Below, piece by piece: positions 40,020-53,436 of a stretch of 64,000 bases of DNA. Position 1 is the stretch's first letter, and every line of letters starts with the position of its first letter. The notes beneath the pieces are model-generated. The model was given only the letters and a program-made list of their open reading frames with translations. It was not told the origin of the DNA and ran no database searches. The translations under genes and the position numbers were made by a program. Origin of the DNA: Eledone cirrhosa (lineage: Eukaryota); contig OZ024745.1 in the NCBI GenBank assembly GCA_964016885.1, positions 16,864,001-16,928,000 of the forward strand. The letters are read 5' to 3'.

Positions 40020-40020
<1 letters not shown>
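39972..40020 (-). mobile_element. Penelope pLTR 3'-terminal fragment inside (TA)n
   Basis: gtggtaaggaaccag.tggaccataacgcacca is also found at 46053-46112 and 60360-60421. Confidence 0.75.
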
Positions 40021-40078
<58 letters not shown>

Positions 40079-40956
40079 TATATATATACGTTTCATCTAT
40101 AAGTATGAGGAACTGTACAATATGCATCTATAATTCAAATACAGCAGCTAATGCGCGACGTTCTCCTTCTGTTACACTCTTTGTTACATGGCAAATGTAT
40201 GTTTTACTTCATATAATAGCTTACATCCCGTCTCACCCTATCCTCCAAAACAGAGGCTCTTTCAAGTATATAAAGAAAGGTAAAACAACATACGAAGTTT
40301 TCTTATTCATCACTCCTCAACGTAAGTCATTTCAGGGTTATCATCACTGCTCCAAAAATTAGCAGCGATTAGCAGCAATAACTAAATACAAAATATCTTT
40401 TCGTATTTGACCAATAAAATAAGGTTCCCTGACGTCATTGTATTTATTTTATTACTGTCAGATTGTCCACTCTCATCACCAAACAGTTTCTCTCTACAAA
40501 ACCACACTCCACTCTATGAAATCATTTAGAACCACTGTTTCAACGTCTATATTTGAATTGTCACTATCAAACCAAATCAAAATATCCGACAAATTCAGCA
40601 CGTTCATGTTATTCCCTGTCACTTCATCTCCCACACCAAATTCAATGACCATTAGCGGTGCTTCTGTAAAACTGCAGAATTCTCTAATCTCCAACACTAC
40701 GACTCCGCAATGATCTCAAACAATTAAGTAGCTCAGCTATCTTAATATCATTGATTTTGATATTAAGTGTTCTATCAATGTGTCATACAAATATACCTTT
40801 GCAAATTCCGTATTTGTGTGCTGTGTGATTCTTGCGTTTCTTGTATTTATCGACGTCTGTTAGACAGTCATAAGATGTGGGGGAGCCTGGGGAATCTTAG
40901 ATTGAAGTCATATCTAAATATACGAAGTAATATATATATATCATGCGCTCTCTTAT

Positions 40957-41023
<67 letters not shown>

Positions 41024-41074
41024 TCATACATACACACATACACACCCACACACACACACATATATACTCTTTTT

Positions 41075-41560
41075 CTCTCTTACCTGTTCCAGCCATCCGG
41101 TTGAGGTCATGATTGGGCAATGCCCTTTTTGCTACACATTCTATCTCCAGCATGTGTTGCCTGGCCATTGGTGTAAGAGGGAGTTCGTTGCTGCTGCCAT
41201 TTGGTTACCTTCGTACCGTGATGTGGGCTCATCCGGGATCCTGGATAGCAGGGTGTCGAGATATTTCTTGAAAATATCCACGCCCACACCATGCAGGTCT
41301 TTTAAATTTCTGGGCAGCTTGTTGAAGAGTTGAGGACGGACCTTTAAACCCCAGCCTAATGCAATATCTGCTCCTTATTCTAGATGTGGAAGACGGGGAC
41401 CTTTGGCACCACACAGTGACGTCCTGTTCTGGGGTTGGTTCAGCTCTCAATACCAAAGTTTGGTGTTAGTACCTCCAGGATTTTCGATATGTACATCACT
41501 GCGTATCTCTCCGGTCTTCTTTCCAAGAAGTACAGTTTCAGTTCTTTTAGCCTCTCCTAG
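41075..41560 (-). mobile_element. CR1-type LINE 3' fragment
   Basis: Minus strand ERLKELKLY..., [42 protein letters not shown], typical of a CR1 ORF2 C-terminus. Confidence 0.75.
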
Positions 41561-41674
41561 TATATTTATATATATTTATATGTATACACACACACACACT
41601 CACATATACCCGCTCCCCTATATATACATATATATATACTTCATATTTATATATGTTACAAATATACATACATG

Positions 41675-41774
<100 letters not shown>

Positions 41775-41880
41775 CATGCATACATATATCTGGAAGAAAC
41801 AATTGTCAGCAATTAATTGTATTAAACTAATAATTTGATTGTTTTATATTTTGTATGTATATATATATATATATATATAT

Positions 41881-41951
41881 TGTATGTATGTATGTATGTA
41901 TGTATGTATGTATGTATGTATGTATGTATGTATGTATGTATGTATGTATGT
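41881..41951. repeat. (TATG)n microsatellite
   Basis: Directly visible. Confidence 0.95.
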
Positions 41952-43004
41952 CAGGTCACCAGTTGGTGCTACTGGTAACATGTATTCCAGTACAACCCGT
42001 CCCATGGTCGGGTTGTTGGCGACGAAACTGGCAACCCCACCAAAGTCTCTTGGTGAGGAGAGTGACTTTGGACATCCTGCAGGACTAAAAACAAAACCTG
42101 TCAAAGGAGCTCTTAAGAGTCAATGGCCATCCAAAATCACCGGGAGAGATGACCCCTTAGCCTTTGTCAAGGCAGAATTCTAGGAGAAAAAAAACTCTGA
42201 TATAACACCTGCAACCCTGATGGTATCCAATGATGTTGACTTGTTCTTTTTGGTAAATATCATCTTGGTTAAGAGAGTGGGACTGACTTTGTGCAGTCCC
42301 TTTGCTCACTATAAAAGCTACACGGCACAGGCATTGCTTTATAACTGGAGATCCCTCTGCACTTGTCGTCACATGGTACCATGGGCCCAGCACTATGTGT
42401 CAGTAATTGTCACAAGTGTAGTGTTTGTACCAGAGTTTTCAAGTCGCTGGCTGGACTAAAATGTCACACTCGTTCAGCGCATCGGTAGGGGTTCTCCTAC
42501 ATGGATATAAAGTAGTGGCCGTACTCGAAAACGAGTTGGCAGCCACCATATATATATATATATAAACACATATACTTCATATTGATATATGTTATAAATA
42601 TACATACATATATATATATATTTTTTTTTTTCTCACATAAAACAGGTAGAATTTCCAAAACTAATCAGATCAGAGCAAACATCACGGGCGCTCTATCTCA
42701 AAATTATTTTTGAAAAGCATTAGAAATGCGCAACCGATAAAAACATAAAACTAAAACTGAATACTAACCAATACTTATTACTAATTTTTACTTATTCCTA
42801 ATTAAACTATTTTTCACTGGGAACAATTTGTCAGCATTTTCTTTTCCTTTTACCAATATATGACAACTCGTGTGTTACACCTCTATTCTTTTAAATATAT
42901 ATATATATATATATATATAAATATATATATATACATATATATATACATATACATATACATACATATATATATACATACATATATATACACTTATATATAT
43001 ATAC

Positions 43005-43045
<41 letters not shown>

Positions 43046-43055
43046 CACACACACG

Positions 43056-43112
<57 letters not shown>

Positions 43113-43854
43113 TTGTATCTGGGGTAATTACAAAATAGAAATACCTTACTATTAGATACAGCTAGTGGAGGAAAGATTAGCCTGTATGTAAAATTATTGT
43201 AAAGTTTTGCTAACAGAATTCCTTACTTTCATGAACGTCAACAATGTTATATTAATAATTAATGATGTTGTTCAAGTGAAATAATCTAAAATCTATTCAG
43301 ATCCTGTATGAATATTTTCTGAATCAGTTTTAATGCACGACTTCCTGTTTAATTCACTTCACTTCATGAGATAATTTATTAAATTCATAATCTAAACATA
43401 TCATTGCAGTCATACACATCAGATATTCCAATAAGTTATTTATGAAAGGTTTCACTATTAATCAACGTTAGTTCCTTCCTCTTAACGTCCTAAACCGAAA
43501 CCGATAGAACAGTGAAACGAGTCAAAATTATAACTTCCGAGAAAGCGAAAACGTTTTAATATAACAACCATAGCAAATGGATCTACATAATTACTAATTT
43601 AACATATTGCGCCTACTAACGGGAGGTAATTAGTGGAAATCTCTGATTTACGATTAATATCGTGATTAATAGAATATACAATAGAAACTGCATCGTAGGC
43701 AGCTTCTCATATTCAGTAATTATTTTCAACGGGACTTCTCATTCGCAATGATGTCTAATACATATTATAAAGTGCCTCGCGTATCTCAGCTATATATTAC
43801 TGTCTTACACTTTAGTTGGTTTTATTTTCTTTCTCTTTTTACCTTTCTCACTCT

Positions 43855-44252
43855 CAAAGTTAACCTCGGCGGGATTTGATCTCAGAATGGCAAGGGCCAT
43901 AGAGTTACGGCCCTTGCCATTCTGAGATCAAATCCCGCCGAGGTTAACTTTGCCTTTCATCCTTACGAGGTTGATAAAATAAAGTACCAGTAATGTACTG
44001 GATAATTGCTGGCCTTGTGCCAATAGTAGAAACAATTATGTATATATATATAATGAGAGTGAGAGGTGGTGGATTGGCAGTATAGGTAGAGGGTCGGACG
44101 CCATGCTTTCCAGCATAGTTACGTCCGTTTACGATCTGAGTTCAAATCCCGCCGAGGTTAACTTTGCCTTTCATCCTTACGAGGTCGATAAAATAAAGTA
44201 CCAGTAATGTACTGTGTAATTACTGGCCTTGTGCCAAAAGTAGAAACGATTA

Positions 44253-44254
<2 letters not shown>
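43855..44254 (+). mobile_element. Two Nin-domain SINEs; the first has an inverted 5' segment (43855-44039), the second is full length (44064-44254)
   Basis: SINE consensus; 44-bp perfect inverted repeat 43855-43898 / 43909-43952. Confidence 0.85.
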
Positions 44255-44294
<40 letters not shown>

Positions 44295-45379
44295 GGTTAA
44301 GTAGCTGTGATAATGATTCCACCGTGGGCTATCCAGAAACTTAGGAATAATATTCCCCCAAGAGATTACGATATTAGAACCAGAAACATTTACAGGTGTC
44401 ATGAAAAAAAATTATAAAAACATGGACTCTGTGAAGCTGAAGATGAAAACCATCATCAACATCGCCGCCACAGCTGCCACCACCACCACCATCACCACCA
44501 CCACCACTTCTAATCCTTGAGTTGTATCGAGAGACCACTTTTCATTTACATACGTTTTTCCTGTTTACACAGTGCACGAGATACATTTTATCGTGATACT
44601 AACACTGGGGATGTCTTTATGCCGTTAACACAACAGGAATGTGCTCCCCTCCATTTGTTCGAAACCTTCATATATTACCAACCAGTTTTCAGAGTGTTCT
44701 GATACAGTTTATCGTTGCACCATTACTACGAAGGTTTTCATGTCGTTAACACAACCAAAGAGTCCTCTCGCCTCTTTGTTTGACAGGTCATCTACGGCTG
44801 GAAGCCCACTCCTATAAGTATCCAGTGTTTAGAGTGCACTTGATATATGGTAATGTGTCCGCAACGCAAGAAATTTTATCGTACTCTAAACACAGCTGAA
44901 GAGACATACAATTTGTTTTCAATAATTTCCAACGCCCGAAATAGATATATCAAAGAAAAACAACTTCACATTTCACAACAACCGCGTTTTTATTTACAAA
45001 ACAATATATATTTATTTGAATTATAAATTGGTCAACACTGAAAATGATAAGTTATCTTAACATTTTCTTGAAATGTCAACTATTTGAATATTATTAATGA
45101 ACGGAATTGTTAATGTTGAAATAGCATTAGATTACTGCTAGTATATATGGACGAGTACATGATGGCAATCTGGATAATTGACAAGCCGTGGGGGATTATT
45201 ATATTTCCCATAAATATAGCGAAAAGACAGGAAATAATTATGAATTGTGAGGAATTACATCAAGTTTAGAAGCAAATAATGAAAATAAACACATATGTGC
45301 AAACATATGTGTTTATTTATATGTATATACATATTATATATATACACTATATACACACATATATGTATATATATATACA

Positions 45380-45441
<62 letters not shown>

Positions 45442-45911
45442 CATAGAAAATTGACAGTGATTTTACAAATTTAGCTTGATAGAATTATATGATTTCAAGT
45501 GAGTCAAAATCCCTCCTGACATAAATCGCTGTATCTTTGAAACCTCAAAAATTATAAAATTACAATCTGCACAAAAGTATTGAATGCTGAACCAGTTAAT
45601 ATTTTAATGTTTTAAATAGTATTTCATTTTAAACACATACACAAACACACATGCACACATACGCATCCCCACCCCATATATAGAGAGAAGGACAGAAAAA
45701 AGGTGCAATAGCCGGTATCTGGAAGATATGGGGTTCAATTCGTCATCCTGGCCGGTGGCAACTTCTTTTTCCGTTTTTCAAGGGGGTTAACCCTATTTTA
45801 TAAGCTATCTTTTTATCATTTCTACATTTGAAATATAGCATTGCTTGTATTTCTTTATACTTATATATACATATTCGCAGTACTTTAAAAAGCCGAAGAT
45901 TTGGCTTCTAC

Positions 45912-45952
<41 letters not shown>

Positions 45953-46052
45953 GTGTATATACACACATACACATACACACACACACACGCGCGCGCGCAC
46001 CCGCGCGCACACACACCCACACCCACACACATACACACACATATATATATAT

Positions 46053-46197
46053 ATAACGAAGGAATTGTGGTAAGGAACCAGATGGACCATAACGCACCAG
46101 AGTACTCAATACTTATTTACCAGGCTAAAAATTCTAATTTAGTCCAGAAATAGCCGTCGAAACGGCTTGAGCTCTGCCGTCAGGGTAATACTTTTTC
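46053..46197. mobile_element. Miniature inverted Penelope pLTR insertion in (TA)n (- strand 3' end 46053-46112; + strand partial hammerhead 46113-46197)
   Basis: Both parts match 60356-60530 in opposite orientations. Confidence 0.8.
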
Positions 46198-46249
46198 CTA
46201 TATATATATATATATATATTTGTGCGCGCGTGTATGTGTGCATATATAC

Positions 46250-46282
<33 letters not shown>

Positions 46283-47180
46283 CATTTGTGTGTGTTTCTG
46301 TAGTAAAGATATTGAACATATTAATTTAAAATTATTATACTGCTTGTAATACATTACAATTGAATAACAGGAGTTGCAGGTGCAAATACAAAATGAAATA
46401 TATTCTTTCTGTAATTGGATAAATCGTGTACGATCATCTGTGAGGAATGTGGTATTATATATTACATAAGATAAAATTGTTTCGATGGGAAGGTAGAATA
46501 CTTCATCATCTATTGCTCTTGGTAACATGAAAATATTAACTAATTCCACTTATATATTCGCAGGTCATCCTGGGGTTATTGAATAGCTATACCAAGCATA
46601 AGTATTATTTATATATGATATTGATTCATTGTTTATATTATGTAGAATATATATTTATTTATTGGATAACTCCAGGTTTACAGATCAAATCCATGCTTTA
46701 TTGATCACAAAATAATATTAATATTTCATATATTAGTGTGTATAAATTATTTTCATATATGGAAGCCAACGTGCCATTGAGGAAGTAATGAAAACGTATT
46801 CTTTAATTATATATTTATGAAAAAATAATCAAGAGTAAGTAGGTATTACTTTTTCTTGTATGTATCACTCCAGCATGTAAGCTATTCAATCATTCACTGA
46901 CTCATAACAGGTAATAGCAACAGCAAGCTAGCACGTTAATATATTTGTTTTGATTTTCTTTAATATATATGAAATTTATATTTTCATAATTGGATATGAA
47001 ATTTACATTTTCTGTATATAAAACAGGAGTGTTGAACTTTAAACCCATTAGCCATTCTAATCACACTGATCTTCTTTTCTAGACATCTGACAGAAGGAAA
47101 ACATTAATTAATTGTGCTTAAGGAATATATATCCTATAACAAAAAGTAAATATATAATAAATAAAATGAATATTTGGGGA

Positions 47181-47276
47181 GGAATCTGACATTAGGATGT
47201 AATCCGTACAGCTTGATTAAACGTGGAATCTGACATTAGGATGTAATCCGTACAGCTTGATTAAACGTGGAATCTG
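47181..47276. repeat. 44-bp perfect tandem duplication
   Basis: ggaatctgacattaggatgtaatccgtacagcttgattaaacgt x2 + ggaatctg. Confidence 0.9.
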
Positions 47277-47411
47277 CGAGTAGTAGGGCTCTCTTACACT
47301 TCCAGCAATTTCAAACCGGTTAAACCATAACTATATAACAACTACGATATATACTCTAGTTTATATTTACTTTTAATCTATTTTATATATTTAATTCGTT
47401 TTACCGATTAT

Positions 47412-48255
47412 AATATTGGTTTCTGATTTAAGCAGAAGGACAATACATTGGCAGAAGAAGAAAATCGATTAAATCTACTCCGGTGCGTTACTAGAACTTT
47501 ATTTTATCGATCCCGTAAGATGAGAGGCAAATCTGACCTAGGCAGGATTTAAACTTACATCGTACAGAGCCTTAACACAATGTCATAAAGCATGTTGTTC
47601 GATTGTCTACCGATATTCCAACCGCTTATTCACAGTCTTTACTGACCTGGGTAGGGAGGAGATGGCTGTCCCTACACTATAACAATCACTGCTTGCCAGT
47701 CAGAAGTTGGGGGGCGCTTGCGAAATTCGTTACTACAAAGATGACTTACTATTTTCAACATCCGATAATAATTGGTTCTACTTTTGGCACAACGTCAGTA
47801 ATTAATCCAGTACATTACTGGTACTTTATTTTATCGACCCAGTATGGATGAAAGACAAAGTTAACTTCGGTGGGATTTGAACTCAACATTCGATAATAAT
47901 TGTTTCTACTTTTGGCACAAGGCCAGCAATTACCCAGTACATTACGGGTACTTTATTTTATCGACACCGTAAGGAAAGTTAACCTCGGCGAGATTTGAAC
48001 TCAGATCATAAAGGGCCGTAGCTTTTTGCTGCAAAGCATGTCGTCCGACCCTCTACCGATACTGCCAATAATAATTGTTTCTACTTTAGGCACAAGGCCA
48101 GCAATTATCCAGTGCATTACTGGTACTTTATTTTATACCCGTAAGGATGAAAGGCAAAGTCAACCTCGGCGGGATTTGAACTCAGATCGTGAAGGGACGT
48201 AACTATGCTGGAAAGCATGGCGTCCGACCCTCTACCGATACTGCCAATCCACCGG
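47412..48255 (-). mobile_element. Cluster of four Nin-domain SINEs (47412-47625, 47768-47886, 47895-48068, 48070-48255)
   Basis: Repeated reverse-complement SINE consensus; the last three are head-to-tail. Confidence 0.85.
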
Positions 48256-48567
48256 CCAATAATAATGAAGTAAGTTAGGGATTGACCAGCACTTCCGTCA
48301 TAGTTCTAGGGATCATTCAACAGCCGGCCAGCCGGTGAAGAAACAACATCAACACACATCACGACAATCTTCACGACAAGAAGATTTTCTCCGAGGATGT
48401 TTTCAATGTTATCAAATTTTTATGAGGGTTTTCTGCCGTCTGAAGAGATCAGGTTACCTCAGTTTATATTCCTCAGTGAAATATGTACAACGCAGATAAA
48501 TAAACCTAACTCAACTGATTATTTCTCCGATGTTTTCGATACTATATATCATACATATATAATAAAC

Positions 48568-49175
48568 CGACGTACAGTAGTATGTATATATATACATACA
48601 TGCACACATATATATATATGCACGTATCGGTTTACCGAACATTTATTATAATGCTCGGTTTGTTTGTTTGTAAACAAACAAACAGCCCGAATTGCGCCGT
48701 ACAGTGTTTAGGCAACCACGTCACCTTTTTATTCAACACTGACACAGGAACGATGTACTAGTTTCAAGCTTATTAGCTATCGTCAGCATCGTATACCTTC
48801 ATGCCAGATGGTTGAACGTCTGAAAGTATATACTTTCCTTATGCATATTAACGGCTGGGCAGCCTAATTTGCATATCGACTGAGTTCAGTCGGCCGGGCA
48901 CACCGAAAACGATAAATAGAATAGAATGAAACGAAATTTTATTTCTCACTCTTAGTACGGCACTTACTTAAATGTCAGTATGTATGTATACGTATATACA
49001 TATATTTATACATACGTACAGTAGTATGTATATATATACATACATGCACACATATATATATGCACGTACAGCGTACGTGCATATATATACACTGTACGGC
49101 GTAACTCGGGCTGTTTGTTTGTTTACAAACAAACAAACCGAGCATTATAATAAATGTTCGGTAAACCGATACGTG
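48568..49175 (-). mobile_element. Diverged ~1.1-unit copy of the hammerhead repeat with a short inverted segment (49089-49175)
   Basis: Colinear with the 468-bp unit; 49089-49175 is the reverse complement of 48621-48706. Confidence 0.85.
48750..48792 (-). ncRNA. Minimal type I hammerhead ribozyme
   Basis: acgatg-CTGACGA-t-agct-aata-agct-t-GAAA-ctag-TA-catcgt. Confidence 0.85.
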
Positions 49176-49246
49176 AAAAATGGAACGGGAACAAAACAGA
49201 GAGACAGTACGAACAAAGTTTTATTAGTTTCACGCTCTTGTATATG

Positions 49247-49348
<102 letters not shown>

Positions 49349-49741
49349 CACATATATATATATATGTATATATATATTAGGGGTTGTCATATCTCACACG
49401 TATTCGTTGTTAATTCTGTGTCTGGAATGTAAGTTTGTATATAACATGACCTAATTAGAATCTATATCCCTGCATAAAAATAATTAATAAAATGAATTAA
49501 TGAATTCTCCTATATTTCTCCGTTGTTCAATATTATGTTAAACTACGACGTTACTTTCATTCAGTTCATTGGACATTGCCCTATGGATTGGACATTGCCC
49601 TATGGATTATACCTTGAATGTATGATATCTTTGTAATCGCTGATTGTACAAACACATTAAGCTTTAAAACCTCTTGTCCTATCATAACAAGTTGGCAAAC
49701 TTGTTTATATATATAACAAATGAGATCGATTTATATCATAT

Positions 49742-49931
49742 AATTATTTCTACGTTAGGCACAAGGCCAGCAATAAACAGTGCATTACTGGTACTTTATT
49801 TTATCGACCCCGTAAGGATGAAAGGCAAAGTTAACCTCGGCGGGATTTGAACTGAGAATGGCAGGGGCCGTAACTCTATGCGTTAAAGCATGGCGTCCGA
49901 CCCTCTGCCAATACTGCCAAGCCTCCGCCCT
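49742..49931 (-). mobile_element. Nin-domain SINE
   Basis: SINE consensus on the minus strand. Confidence 0.85.
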
Positions 49932-50367
49932 TTATCATATAATGATAACGCGAGTCTACAATAGCTCTATGAAATAATTAGAGCTAAAACTTCAAGACCT
50001 CAGAGCTTTGCACACTGCCAATAACAGGAAACCACATATCTAATATTTTGCAGAGAAGACTCTATTTAGGTTAAAAGAAAACCTAGAGACAGAATAATGA
50101 TTATACTTACATAGATATAAAGTTTTCTACGGCCTATGTGCTACCATTTCATGCAGCAAATATTATCAACAGTTACCATATATTAATGGTAAATGTTGAT
50201 AAAACCTAGAATCATCAGTAGACATCTTAAAATCCTAGATAAACATTAGAAGACAAGCCTTTCTTCAGGCCACGTCTCTCTCTCTCTCTCTCTGTATATA
50301 TATATATATATATATATATACATACGCACATACACACACAAGCATACTTATTTGTATGTGTGTGTGT

Positions 50368-50409
<42 letters not shown>

Positions 50410-50450
50410 CTCGGTTTGTGTAAACATATATATATATATATCTAATATAT

Positions 50451-50522
<72 letters not shown>

Positions 50523-51059
50523 TAAATGATATTGGGCAGACGGTTAGATAATGTTTCTGTAAATTCATTTGTAGAAGAGTCTCTCCATACACTTGTGAGA
50601 GAAAGGTAAATTAGTGGCCGTTTCCAGATGTATTCTTCGCACAATTAAATACAATATTTTTGAATGCACTACACCTGCTGGCTTCTTTCGGTCTTTGGTT
50701 TTGTCATAGCTAAACATTCAACATGAGATTCTATATTAGAAAACGACATCTGTGTCTGTGCGTGAGTGTGTTGTTTGTATTGCTATAATGTTATATTATA
50801 AATAAGCGCATATAAATATATAATGTCATAAAAAGTATAAAAATTTGCATTTCAAAATAATTAGAAGGAAATAAGAATTATTATATTTAATGTTTAGTAA
50901 AATAGCCCATTATAAGATCATTTCGATATTTGCATAAACATCAGTGTTTATACAAATATCACAGAGTACGAAGGTGTAAAACATTTTATTTTACCCTTCC
51001 ATGCAAGAAATGCTTGCAATTGTATTTCTTTAACTATGTATGTATCTATCTATCTATCT

Positions 51060-51139
<80 letters not shown>

Positions 51140-52941
51140 GTCCCTCTATATCTATGTATCTTTCTGCCTCTCTGTATTTATCTCTGTTTATCTATTTGTC
51201 TGTCTCACTATCTGTCTGTCCCCTTCTCTCTCTTTCTCTCTCTCTCCCTTTCTCTCTCTCTTTCTCTCTCCCTCTCCATCATACTTTATGGACTTATTTA
51301 TATTCATCCCTAGACATTTAATTTGAATGTTATCTCAACAAACGATATCGGGAGAAATATCGCCTGTTTGTTAAACATTTTACGTAAAAACAAATATACG
51401 TTTATTTCACTTTCACTGAATCCTCTGACAATGTATAACATATATGAATTAACAACATGAAATTTATAAAATTGAATTATGAATTAAGTTATTTATGATG
51501 CACACCTATCTGGAGCACAGTGTAATGAAAATTTCTATGTTTCTATGTAATACGTTCAATGGTTTACATTTTTAACAAGATATCTTACTTTTTTATTCTT
51601 GCCTTTTTTCTTTCTTTTTCCTTTTGCCTTTCTTTCCTTCCCTTGTTTCACTCTCACAACACAACACCTGTGTACATGTTATGGCTTAATGCTATGAATT
51701 ATTGTTTTCTCTTGTCTTTTACTCCACAGACAGCGCTTTGGTTGTGTTATAAACTGTTATCCTGGGTGGACCAACAGTAGGGGTCAAAAGTGCCAGAAGT
51801 TAATCTCGTCGACTGAAGACCTTAGAGTGCTGTGTCTTCATGCTTTTAACATGAACTCTTTTCGATTAGCGTTGTTATCGTTCGTTGTCATCACTTTGTT
51901 ACTTGCCCCTGCCCTATATATATATTGCAAAGTTGCACGTTATTCTCAATATCAGAATAAAAGAACGTAGATATCATGTTCCTTATAAAGTAGGACACCA
52001 TCTTGTTGTGCTACCTAAATGCGTAGTATCCAACATTAAATATATGAAAGCGTGTATTTATTTGCCAGTTTTGAGAAACGTGCCAATCAGTATTATTTGA
52101 AAGAGAAATCGACTTATTAAATTCATAGCAAAGACAATATCCTGATAATCAATCACTTATAAAAGATTACATGTATACAAGGTTCATTTGCTGATCATCG
52201 TATTTAGTGTAGAATTGAAATGGTTCAATGTTGTGTTAGTTAAATATTCAAAACACTCGTGTAGATTTACAGCTCACTGATGTGACTATATATAACTATT
52301 TGTGAAGATAGCACAACATTTTGTTTGAATGATATTTGTCAGTGATTATCGGATACATATGAAATATAATCAGTAACAGTTGAGGGATTTCTATTTCATA
52401 CAAAATTATATATCATTTAAGACACGTCTATATTCACTTACTAATATTTGAGTATATATTATTTGTTTCAATAATCATACAGATTGTCAATGGGCAGATA
52501 TCGATGTAGATTTATGAGATATAGTTATTATATGTTACTTATACACATTTTCTCTAACTGATTATACGAAAATAAAATGTCTATTTCTACGGTAGAATGA
52601 ATAAACTAAAACGAGTTGATGAAGTATATAAAATTTTAAAGTAACACAATTAGCATTTTTCCTATTCGTTTCATTTGAAGAAATTGTAATCACAAATCTT
52701 TGGCAAGAATTAAGGGCAGTTTATTGATGTCATTGCTAGAACTTAGAAAACGTATTGCAGTATATGATTATTGCTTTTTATGTTGTAACTATATATTCAT
52801 CCGAAGCGAATTTTTCATTTGATCCCCCTGGGAAAGATAAAGTAAGACTCATGTCAAGTACTGGATTTGATTTAGGTCAATAGTATACATTCTCTAAAAT
52901 TACTGATGGTAGAAAGAAAGGATTTCTATTAATTACTAGTT

Positions 52942-53436
52942 CAGGGCGGTGGATTGGCAGTATCAGTAGAGAGTAAAAAAAAAACATGCTTTGTGGCATA
53001 CAGTTTCATCCATTTGAGTTCGGAGTTCAAATCCAGCGGCGGCCAGCCTTTCCTCCTTACGGGATCGATTAAATAATGTAAACACATTGCACTGGGTGTC
53101 GACTTAATCAATTCCCCCCACGAAAAATATAAATCTTTGCATTCTGTCTAAATCAGAAATAATTCATTAATTGTTCAACATTTGTTTCTCAATATAAATG
53201 ATAGTTTAGTGGAGTATGGGACCAGGTGGGGGAGGAATATCTAGAGATGTTTCTATGTTTATTTATGCTGTGGCTATAGGCGGTGAATTAGCAGAATGGC
53301 TAGATTCTAGCTGCTAGAACATCGTATAGAATTCCTTGCGGTATTCCTTTTGGCTCTTTGCTCTCTGAGTTCAAATTCAAGCTTTTATCGTTTAAAAGTG
53401 GATAAAAAAGTACTAGTCTGGTACTGAGGTCGATTC
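52942..53436 (+). mobile_element. Two degenerate Nin-domain SINEs (52942-53162, 53278-53436)
   Basis: ggcggtggattggcag / ggcggtgaattagcag heads and gagttcaaat box B. Confidence 0.7.

Noticed and set aside
45700-45756. tRNA-like fragment with a box B (ggttcaattc)
   Set aside because: No complete cloverleaf; likely a SINE head remnant
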